Assembly (NCBI GenBank): GCA_942492115.1 | Contig: CALODL010000010.1 | Span: forward strand, 1,635 to 65,634 | Origin: an uncultured Planctomycetota bacterium | GTDB taxonomy: Bacteria > Planctomycetota > Phycisphaerae > UBA1845 > CAIVHJ01 | Direction: 5' to 3' | Length of the DNA stretch: 64,000 nt | Shown: positions 28,948-37,168 of the stretch, piece by piece | Numbering within the stretch: the stretch's first letter is position 1 | Layout of the letters: every line of letters begins with the position of its first letter | Position numbers and translations under genes: made by a program | The notes under the pieces: model-generated | The model's input: the letters and a program-made list of their open reading frames with translations, nothing else | Database searches by the model: none | Told to the model about the DNA's origin: nothing

Positions 28948-30171
28948 ATGCATTTCGTGACCCATCTTGAATCAGCCCTCGATCAGACGCGGTTCGCCGC
29001 AAACACGATCCACACACTGCACAAGGACCGTCCACTGTGGGTGCGTTACGACCTCGATGCAATCGGTGCCGCGGTGTCCCCCGGCACATTGAGCGGCCGC
29101 CGCCCGGATCTATGGCGTTATCACGAGCTCCTGCCGGCCGCACCGGCAGAAGCTGTTTCGCTTGGCGAAGGGATGACGCCCCTGCTGCGGGCAGAACGCC
29201 TGGGCCGTGACATCGGGCTCAACGCGCTGTGGATCAAGGACGAATCGCAACTCCCGACCGGGTCGTTCAAGAGTCGCGGCATGGCCATGGCCGTCACCAT
29301 GGCGCACAAGTTCGGAATCAGGCGGGTGGCCGCACCCACTGCAGGAAACGCGGGCGGAGCTCTGGCTGCCTACGGGGCCGCGGCGGGCATGGACGTCTAT
29401 CTGTTCATGCCCCGCGATACGCCGACGGCCATCCAGGCGGAGTGTGTCGGATACGGGGCGCGCGTGTTTCTCGTCGACGGACTGATCACCGACTGCGGAC
29501 GGCTCGTCCGTTCGGGAATCGACTCTGCAGGCTGGTTCGACATGGCCACACTCAAAGAGCCCTATCGCATCGAAGGCAAGAAGACGATGGGGCTCGAGCT
29601 CGCCGAACAGTTCGACTGGCACCTGCCCGATGTCATTGTCTATCCAACGGGCGGCGGCACGGGCTTGATCGGCATGTGGAAGGCCTTCCAGGAACTGCAC
29701 ACGCTGGGCTGGCTCAAGAACGATGCGTTTCCCCGCATGATTGCTGTCCAGAGCACGGGCTGCGCGCCCATCGTCCGGGCGTTCGACGCGGGTGAGCGCT
29801 TCGCCACACCCTGGTCGCCCGCCACGACAACGTCCTGGGGCATACGCGTTCCAGCCGCGGTGGGTGACTTCATGATTCTCGACGCCATCCGTGAGTCGAG
29901 GGGGCGTGCGGTTGCCGTGCCCGAAGTGGAGTTGCATGACTGGGCTCACCGATCCTCTGCGGCCGAGGGTATTTCGATGTGTTCCGAGAGTGGTGCCTGT
30001 GTGGCTGCCGCCCGCCAGCTCGTCGCCGACGGGGTCATCGGCCAGGACGAGAGAGTCGTCGTGTTCAACACCGGATCGGCCCTGAAGTACCACGACGGCA
30101 CAGTCCCCGAACTGCCGGTATGGGCTGCGGATGCCGAGCCGGACTACGCACGTCTCGTTGAGACGGACTGA
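28948..30171 (+). CDS. Threonine synthase-like PLP-dependent enzyme (tryptophan synthase beta superfamily)
   Basis: 'WIKDESQLPTGSFKSRGMAMAV' (PLP-lysine motif) and 'GNAGGALAAYGAAAGMDVYLFMP'. Confidence 0.8.
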   Translation: MHFVTHLESALDQTRFAANTIHTLHKDRPLWVRYDLDAIGAAVSPGTLSGRRPDLWRYHELLPAAPAEAVSLGEGMTPLLRAERLGRDIGLNALWIKDESQLPTGSFKSRGMAMAVTMAHKFGIRRVAAPTAGNAGGALAAYGAAAGMDVYLFMPRDTPTAIQAECVGYGARVFLVDGLITDCGRLVRSGIDSAGWFDMATLKEPYRIEGKKTMGLELAEQFDWHLPDVIVYPTGGGTGLIGMWKAFQELHTLGWLKNDAFPRMIAVQSTGCAPIVRAFDAGERFATPWSPATTTSWGIRVPAAVGDFMILDAIRESRGRAVAVPEVELHDWAHRSSAAEGISMCSESGACVAAARQLVADGVIGQDERVVVFNTGSALKYHDGTVPELPVWAADAEPDYARLVETD

Positions 30172-31278
30172 TCAACTGGCGCTCTTGAGTGCTTTGATCG
30201 TCTCGAACGCCCCCTGAACGAGAAGTGTGTCGCCGGGAGCCAGAAGGGTATTCGGCGCCGGAAAGACAGCTGGCTCGCCATCGGCGGGACGGCGCTCCGC
30301 GACGCCAATGCCGTGTTGCACCATGAGATCCGCCACGGTCTTACCCTGTAATGGGCCGTGCGCCTGGACATGCCAGCGTTTCATGACCACCAGTTGCCGC
30401 CCCACCATGAAACTACCGACGATCGAACGGTCGATGGCGGCCGTAGCGAACGCTGGCGCCGACATCGCCGACTGTGACATGGCGATGTGAATGTCGAATC
30501 CCTCGCGGATCTTGTCGGCCATGTTCTGGTCGAACATCCGCAACACGACACGCACCTCGGGATTCAGTTTGCGGGCGTCGAGCGCAATCTCCAGGTTGGC
30601 CAGATCGTCATTGGTCGCCAGGATGATACTGCGGGCGCCGGCAATATTGGCCTCCTGGAGCAGCACATCACGGCGACCATCACCAATGAGCAGCGGCGAG
30701 CCATCCCGACGAACCTCCTCGATGAACTGCTTGTCCGCGTCACTCTCGATCACGACGACCTGCTCTCCCAGGTGCCGTAACAAACAAAACGTGCGGTAGC
30801 CCAGTTTCCCAAGTCCGACGAGGATCACGTGATTGGACATCGATGCTGCCATGATGTTGCACCAGCTTCTTTCGTAACGCAGGCGATTGCCCATCATCAG
30901 CGCCAGGTCCACAACGCCTTCTATAATGACGGTCAACCCCAGAATGGGCACGACGAAGAACAACGCCCTTAGAACAACGTGTCGCGGGAAAGCCTCTGGC
31001 GGCTCGCCGAAAACCAGGCACCAGGTAAAGTACGTTGCTTCGAGCAGGGAGTGGTTTTTCTCGGGTTCCAGGTATTTGAACAGCAGGCCGCCGCCCAGGA
31101 GAATTGTAAACATGACCGCGAACCGCACGCGGAAGTGGCGGAACGCGGTCCGCAGGAAGCACCACTCGCGCCACAGGCGTTCGCCCCGGCCCGGAGGCGG
31201 CGGAACAAGTGGCAGACCATCGACACGATTGGGCACGGCAGACTCCGAGAGTGGTCGGAGGCGACGGTGACACGTCAC
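30172..31278 (-). CDS. Kch/MthK-like ion channel with RCK (TrkA-N) and TrkA-C domains and a non-canonical pore loop
   Basis: N-terminal 2-TM + re-entrant segment 'TWCLVFGEPPEAF', Rossmann 'ILVGLGKLGYRTFCLLRHLGEQVVVIESD', and a C-terminal TrkA-C domain. Start uncertain. Confidence 0.7.
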   Translation of the reverse strand: MTCHRRLRPLSESAVPNRVDGLPLVPPPPGRGERLWREWCFLRTAFRHFRVRFAVMFTILLGGGLLFKYLEPEKNHSLLEATYFTWCLVFGEPPEAFPRHVVLRALFFVVPILGLTVIIEGVVDLALMMGNRLRYERSWCNIMAASMSNHVILVGLGKLGYRTFCLLRHLGEQVVVIESDADKQFIEEVRRDGSPLLIGDGRRDVLLQEANIAGARSIILATNDDLANLEIALDARKLNPEVRVVLRMFDQNMADKIREGFDIHIAMSQSAMSAPAFATAAIDRSIVGSFMVGRQLVVMKRWHVQAHGPLQGKTVADLMVQHGIGVAERRPADGEPAVFPAPNTLLAPGDTLLVQGAFETIKALKSAS

Positions 31279-31324
31279 CGCCGCCCATCGCGCCGCTGCT
31301 TATAGCGTGCCTCGGTGGTTCGAA

Positions 31325-32677
31325 TCAACCCTTGATCTGTGCCGCGGCGGTATCCGAGCCGTTTGTCGTGCTACCACTCGATACGCGACCGGCAATTGAT
31401 TTGGTCAGTTCCTGGAGATCGATACCCAACACACTCTCGACGGCCGCAACCGAGTCACGCAACATCCGCACACGGCTCATGGCCGCACCAGAGATGGCTT
31501 CGCCGTGTCCGCCATCGATCACCGTAATCTCCCCAAGCTCGACACTCGAGACAGAGTTCGACAATTGCCGGACCACGTCGGGCAGCATCTCGGCCAGCAT
31601 GACCTTGAGTGCCTCGGGGTGTCGCTGGATGGCCTGACCAATGCTCTCGATCGCCGTCGCGCGGGCTTTGCCCTCTTCCAGGATCGAAGCCGCCTGGCCT
31701 TCGGCTGCAGCCTTGGACACATCGCGCGCGGCCTGGGCAGCTTTGACATCGGAGGCTTGCAATCTCGCCTCTTCGGCCTCGGCCATGGCCAGCTGCATCA
31801 GCTTTTCCTGGCCTGCCGCATCGCGGTCGAGATCTGCCTTGCGGATGCGCAATGCCGTCTCTGATTCAGCAATCGCCTGTTCGGCGGACAACCTGGCCTG
31901 CTCGGCCTTCTGGCGACTGACCGCTTCGGTCGCGCGGGCCTCACTGTCACGTTCGGCCTGAGCCTGACGTGAGAACGACTGGGCCTGGGCTTCCTTGATT
32001 TCGGCTTCACTCTTGCGTTCGGCTTCATACTGCCGGGCTTCGGCCCGAACTTTGGCTGACGCCTTACGGGCAATGGAGTCGAGATACTCGCCCTCGTCAT
32101 GGACATTCTGAATATTGACACTGTCTATGACCATACCCAGCTTACGGAAGTCGTCGGTCACCTCGTTCATGACGGTCGCAACGAACTTGTCGCGATCCTC
32201 GACGATTTCCTCGGGGGTCATCTTGCCGATCACCGCACGCAGGCCACCTTCGAGGGTCTCGCGGGCCACACGCTGGAGTTCGGCAACCGGCTGATCCAGG
32301 AACCGCTCGATGGCGTTGCCGCGCATCGCCGGCTCGGACGAGACCTTGACATTGGCCACACCGGTCACGGCCACCGGGATCATGTTGCCGCCGCCTGATT
32401 GCGCGGTCACCTCCAACGCCACCTGCATATTCCGCAAACTCAGGCGGGAAACCTTCTCGAGCAAAGGAATGACTACCGTGCGGCCGCCGATCAGAGTGCG
32501 GTATCCGTTACCGTCGGCCTTGCGTCCACTGATCACAAGCAGCTCACTCGGGTTCCCCACGACCATACACTTAACAACGAGGAGGATGAACGCTATGGCG
32601 GCACCAAGAAGCACCCCACCGATAACCAAACCGGAATTGGCGCTATTTGCTTGTGCGATTAGCGTGTACATGCTCAT
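31325..32677 (-). CDS. Flotillin-like SPFH protein (YqiK/FloT family)
   Basis: N-terminal TM, SPFH domain, and a long Ala/Glu-rich coiled coil ('EAQAQSFSRQAQAERDSEARATEAVSRQKAEQARLSAEQAIAE'). Confidence 0.85.
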   Translation of the reverse strand: MSMYTLIAQANSANSGLVIGGVLLGAAIAFILLVVKCMVVGNPSELLVISGRKADGNGYRTLIGGRTVVIPLLEKVSRLSLRNMQVALEVTAQSGGGNMIPVAVTGVANVKVSSEPAMRGNAIERFLDQPVAELQRVARETLEGGLRAVIGKMTPEEIVEDRDKFVATVMNEVTDDFRKLGMVIDSVNIQNVHDEGEYLDSIARKASAKVRAEARQYEAERKSEAEIKEAQAQSFSRQAQAERDSEARATEAVSRQKAEQARLSAEQAIAESETALRIRKADLDRDAAGQEKLMQLAMAEAEEARLQASDVKAAQAARDVSKAAAEGQAASILEEGKARATAIESIGQAIQRHPEALKVMLAEMLPDVVRQLSNSVSSVELGEITVIDGGHGEAISGAAMSRVRMLRDSVAAVESVLGIDLQELTKSIAGRVSSGSTTNGSDTAAAQIKG

Positions 32678-33365
32678 GGGTACCTCCTGGAGTTGAATTG
32701 GCTACGAACTCGTACTCTTCACGCGATATGACTTCAGCAACACCATTGTTGTAAGCAACAATGACGACGCGGTCTCCAACCTCGAACGAATCGTCGGAAC
32801 GACGGGCCATGGCGGGAATGAACCGTTCCGCCCTGGCAACTTCTGCGCTGACCTCACCCGTGCGCCCCGGAGCGACGGCGACACTCACGCGCGCGGCCCG
32901 GTCGACATAGTCCTCGTGCCGTGTTGCGCTGTTGCCACCTGTCTTCTTGATGATACGGAACAGCTGCTGAACGACCTGACCACCCACGATACCGGCCCCC
33001 CCCGCAACGATGGCGATCCACGGCGGTGCAACGTCGGTCATGAACACCAGTGCCGTCCCAATCCCGCCCATGATGGCCAGAAAGAAAATCCCGAACCGCA
33101 ATGACAGCCACGTGGACAATCCAAATGCCGAGTCTCCGGCGCCATCGACGAACAAGTCGCCGTCCGCATCCGCATCGACGTCCAGGTCGATGTCCACATC
33201 ACCCAGGTCACCCGCATCGGCACCGTCCGCATCACCACCTGCGGCCACGGAGAACATCAGCAACCCGCCCCCGAGGACCAGGCTGGCAATGTAGACCGTC
33301 GGCATCACGGCCCACATACCCTCCCCGTCGATCGCACTCAGTAGATCAATGATCATCATGTGCAC
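32643..33365 (-). CDS. NfeD-like membrane protein (YqiJ family; TM region + C-terminal OB-fold), partner of flotillin
   Basis: Multiple TM helices and a C-terminal beta-domain 'FEVGDRVVIVAYNNGVAEVISREEYEF'. Its 3' end overlaps the flotillin start. Confidence 0.75.
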   Translation of the reverse strand: MHMMIIDLLSAIDGEGMWAVMPTVYIASLVLGGGLLMFSVAAGGDADGADAGDLGDVDIDLDVDADADGDLFVDGAGDSAFGLSTWLSLRFGIFFLAIMGGIGTALVFMTDVAPPWIAIVAGGAGIVGGQVVQQLFRIIKKTGGNSATRHEDYVDRAARVSVAVAPGRTGEVSAEVARAERFIPAMARRSDDSFEVGDRVVIVAYNNGVAEVISREEYEFVANSTPGGTHEHVHANRTSK

Positions 33366-33673
33366 TCCAGGTCAGACCCCGTTAGCTTACAACGCCTTTC
33401 GGACCCGGGCATTAGCAAGAATGTGATTCGAATCTGCTATTGCCGTCCCGCCGTCCTGCACAATCCGACGATCGGATCCGCGGCCCTCAACGCAATGTCA
33501 ACTTACCCTGGTAGTTGAGTTTCGGCCATTCCAACGGCCAAGTGCGTTTATACCTGCCCTGCGGCCGAAAATACCTGGTCCTACGCGTTTTGGTTGATAT
33601 CGTTGCTGTCATTTCCAGCCGTAGACGGCCAGGCAGATGTGAACGGACGCACACGATTGCAGCGCCGGTGACC

Positions 33674-34069
33674 TCAGTAGGCTTCTTTGAGGTCTTCTTT
33701 TTCGTATTCCTTGAGCGCCGGTTCCTTCTGGAAACGCTGCCACAGGCTGCGGACCCCCTGGTAGTCTCGCGCGTAACGGTAGGCGTGCGGAATGGCCTTG
33801 TTGATCGGGGCCGTAGTATCAGTGGTCTCACCGATCTCAGAACGTTCGACGACCCAGATGTTGACGCAAGCCTCGTCCTGGCCGTAGTGCTCACGAGCCA
33901 GTTCCACAGCAGCCTCCCGATCCGGCGCCTGCAACGCACCGGCGTGGATGTGGGGAGAACCGTGCGTCTTGCGCGTAAACACTTCGAACAACTTCATGTC
34001 CGGTTCGGGCGTCAACGGCTCGGATGCCTGGGACGCTCCACCGATTTGTCTGATTCTGGAAAGAGGCAT
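33674..34069 (-). CDS. paaB: 1,2-phenylacetyl-CoA epoxidase subunit B (PaaB)
   Basis: 'KLFEVFTRKTHGSPHIHAGALQAPDREAAVELAREHYGQDEACVNIWVV' parallels PaaB. The start was chosen at MPLSR; MKLFEV at 33997 is the alternative. Confidence 0.75.
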   Translation of the reverse strand: MPLSRIRQIGGASQASEPLTPEPDMKLFEVFTRKTHGSPHIHAGALQAPDREAAVELAREHYGQDEACVNIWVVERSEIGETTDTTAPINKAIPHAYRYARDYQGVRSLWQRFQKEPALKEYEKEDLKEAY

Positions 34070-34095
34070 GACTGATCGAGTCCGTTCAGAATTGC

Positions 34096-35109
34096 TTAGT
34101 TCTGGTGTGTCATGATCGCCTGACGCACCCAAATCCCTTGCTCATAGCTGAAGCGCCGGAGAGCCACACGGTCCTTGTTCAGCGGGCCATTGCCGCGAAT
34201 GACGCGGTAGAACTCGTCCCAATCGGGCGTGCTGAAGCCCCAGTGCCCGGTCTTGTCATCACGCACGGACAGGGGATCCTCGACGAGGTTCGGGTTGGGC
34301 TGTGACGGATCGTCCATGACCGGCCCCGGCAGATTGACTTTGAGCCCCAGTGCCTTGGCCGCAGGGGTGAAGCGGTCGACGAACTTCTGCCGCAACGTGT
34401 CGTTGGTCGCGGTCTTGATGCGCCAGCGCATCATGAGCGAACCGTGGGTCGATTCCTTGTCGGGCGGCCCGAAGAACATCAGGCACGGCCACCACCAGCG
34501 GTCGAAGGCAGACTGCATCATGGCCTTCTGGCGCGCCGTGCCGCTCATGAGCGTGAGAACCATTTCCTCACCGGACTTGAAATGGAAGGCCTCTTCCATG
34601 TTGATGCGTTTCATCGTCCGGATATAGGGCCCGTAGCTGCCCTCGGCGAGGGACTTCTGGTTCATGATTGCCGCACCATCGACCAGCCACTGGATCGCGC
34701 ACACATCCGCCCACGTGGGCGCGGGATAATTGAATACATTGTGGTACTTCGTGCGCCCTTCGCACAAGTCGCGCAGCATTTCATCACGCGGCTTGCCGAG
34801 ATCCTCGGACACGCGGTAGAGCATCTGACCGTGGCCGACCTCGTCCTGGACCTTGGCCATGAGGGCCAGTTTCCGGCGCAACGAAGGTGCACGATTGATC
34901 CACTCTCCTTCAGGTAGTGCGCCCACGATTTCGGAATTGGCGTGGTGCTCGGCAACACGGAGCATTCCGAGGCGATAGTCCTCGGGCATGTAGTCTTCAC
35001 GTTCGATCAATTCCCCCCGTGACACACGCTCCTCGAATTGCATCAACTGATGCGGATCTTCGGGATGCTTCAGGTCCTGAGGGGGCTCATAGCCAGCACT
35101 GACGCTCAT
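34096..35109 (-). CDS. paaA: 1,2-phenylacetyl-CoA epoxidase catalytic subunit A (PaaA, ferritin-like di-iron)
   Basis: 'EDYMPEDYRLGMLRVAEHHANSEIVGALPEGEWINRAPSLRRKLALMAKVQDEVGHG' and 'WLVDGAAIMNQ'. An AAGAGGA RBS precedes the ATG at 35107-35109. Confidence 0.9.
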   Translation of the reverse strand: MSVSAGYEPPQDLKHPEDPHQLMQFEERVSRGELIEREDYMPEDYRLGMLRVAEHHANSEIVGALPEGEWINRAPSLRRKLALMAKVQDEVGHGQMLYRVSEDLGKPRDEMLRDLCEGRTKYHNVFNYPAPTWADVCAIQWLVDGAAIMNQKSLAEGSYGPYIRTMKRINMEEAFHFKSGEEMVLTLMSGTARQKAMMQSAFDRWWWPCLMFFGPPDKESTHGSLMMRWRIKTATNDTLRQKFVDRFTPAAKALGLKVNLPGPVMDDPSQPNPNLVEDPLSVRDDKTGHWGFSTPDWDEFYRVIRGNGPLNKDRVALRRFSYEQGIWVRQAIMTHQN

Positions 35110-35439
35110 GGGAATCCTCTTCACAAGGCCTTGGAGTACACAATCCATTTTATGTGATGAGCGTCCAACCGGCCACCCCCCTCGTCCTGCTCTGCGGAGA
35201 TAGCGCTCACCCTTGCACGGGGCGCGCCTCGCCAGACATGGGCCGTGTCTCTCTGCGCTGGCCTGTGCAAATTGCTCAGCCCGTCGACCGCACCTCACGG
35301 GCCAGGAGACACCTGCGCTGCTGACCGCGCGGCCGTGCCCGCGGGCGCGATCGGCAGCAGCGTTTGCTGGACATCAGTCGCTATTGGGGATTAAATGAGC
35401 GCCAGCGTTGGCAACTTCATCCCTTACAGGAATTGACCC

Positions 35440-37143
35440 ATGCGTTCATCGCTCGCCATCGGTTTCCCGGTGCTGCTGGTTCTCAGCAGCGTAGTGGAAA
35501 GTTCCTCAAACGCTCATGTGCTGTTGCAAGTCCTCGAAGAAGAACTGCAGTACGCGACCGAGAACCTCAAGACCGAGGATGGCACCGCCCCATACTACCT
35601 GGCATACACGATCACGGATGTCACGAGCCACTCGATCGGAGCTGAGCTGGGTGCGCTGTACAACGATGACACCGGACACCAGCGCCTGCTCGACGTCGAT
35701 GTCCGCGTTGGGGACTACACGGTCGACAACACTCACAAACTCCGCAGCGGCGGTATGGGCTTCGATCCGTCCGATTTCATGGGGCGCGGAGCCACCCCGG
35801 TCAGCATCGAAAACGATTCCAGCGCTATCAAGCAGGCTATCTGGCTCGCTACGGATCGGAAGTTCAAGAGTGCCGTCAAGAAGTACCAGCGGGTACTGAC
35901 CAACCTCAAGACCAAGGTTGAAGAGGAGGACAAGGCTGCTGACTTCTCGAAGGAACCGCCGAGCAACTTCACTGAAGAACCGATCGAATTCAATCTCGAT
36001 CACGCGGCGTGGGCTGATCGGCTGCGACGCGTGTCGAGACTGGCTCAGACATATCCACTCATCTACAAGTCATCGGTCGCACTGCGTGCATCGGCCGAGA
36101 ATCGCTTCATGGTCAGCAGTGAAGGCACGCGATTGCAAACCAGCCGTCCGCTGTTGCGTGTCGTGGTCTCGGCCTCGACCCGCGCCGAAGATGGCATGAA
36201 CCTCAACCAATCGCACATCTTCAACACCGCCACAGGGGATGCACTCCCCACCGAAGAAGAACTTGCCACGGCCTTCAAGAAAGTCATCGAGCAGGTTCTT
36301 GCGCTGCGCGAGGCGCCACTGGTCGAGCCCTACACGGGTCCGGCAATCCTGCTCAACCGAGCCAGCGGCGTGTTCTTTCACGAAATCTTTGGCCATCGCA
36401 TCGAAGGGCATCGCCAGAAGGATGTGGATGAGGGCCAGACATTCACGAAAATGATCGACCAGGAAGTATTGCCCCAGTTCCTGACGGTGCGCGACGATCC
36501 CACGCGACCCCGCTTCGGCGAGATCGACCTTCGCGGATTTTACAAGTACGACGACGAAGGCGTGCCCGCGCAAAACGTCACCCTGGTGGACAACGGCATC
36601 CTCAAGACCTTCCTGCTGTCTCGCTCGCCGGTCCAGGATTTTGTGCGGTCCAACGGCCACGGGCGGCGTGAGCCGGGCCAACGATGCGTGGCCCGCCAGG
36701 GTAATCTCATCGTCGAATCGACCAAGCGCGTGTCGTTCAGCACATTACGAGAACTGCTCATTGAGGAATGCAAGCAGCAGGACAAGCCCTATGGCCTGTT
36801 GTTCGAGGACATCACCGGCGGATTCACGACGACGCGACGACGCGGAGCACAATCGTTCAAGGTGCTGCCCGTCGTAGTCTATCGAATCTACGCGGACGGG
36901 CGCCCCGACGAACTCGTCCGCGGTGTCGACATCGTTGGCACACCACTGAGTTGCTTCTCCAAAATTACGCACACTGCCGACGACGACGCGGTATTCAACG
37001 GATCCTGCGGAGCAGAGTCGGGGTGGGTCCCGGTCTCGGCCATTTCTCCCAGTGTGCTGGTATCTCAAATCGAGATCGAGAAACGGCAGCGGGCGCAAGA
37101 CAAGCTACCACTCCTCGATCCGCCGATCGCCGAAGTGCAATGA
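35440..37143 (+). CDS. Secreted TldD/PmbA-family metallopeptidase (peptidase U62)
   Basis: Signal peptide and 'FHEIFGHRIEGH' (HExxxH). Family-typical length of 567 aa. Confidence 0.8.
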   Translation: MRSSLAIGFPVLLVLSSVVESSSNAHVLLQVLEEELQYATENLKTEDGTAPYYLAYTITDVTSHSIGAELGALYNDDTGHQRLLDVDVRVGDYTVDNTHKLRSGGMGFDPSDFMGRGATPVSIENDSSAIKQAIWLATDRKFKSAVKKYQRVLTNLKTKVEEEDKAADFSKEPPSNFTEEPIEFNLDHAAWADRLRRVSRLAQTYPLIYKSSVALRASAENRFMVSSEGTRLQTSRPLLRVVVSASTRAEDGMNLNQSHIFNTATGDALPTEEELATAFKKVIEQVLALREAPLVEPYTGPAILLNRASGVFFHEIFGHRIEGHRQKDVDEGQTFTKMIDQEVLPQFLTVRDDPTRPRFGEIDLRGFYKYDDEGVPAQNVTLVDNGILKTFLLSRSPVQDFVRSNGHGRREPGQRCVARQGNLIVESTKRVSFSTLRELLIEECKQQDKPYGLLFEDITGGFTTTRRRGAQSFKVLPVVVYRIYADGRPDELVRGVDIVGTPLSCFSKITHTADDDAVFNGSCGAESGWVPVSAISPSVLVSQIEIEKRQRAQDKLPLLDPPIAEVQ

Positions 37144-37168
37144 GCCTGACCTTCCCAGGAGTCCTGAA

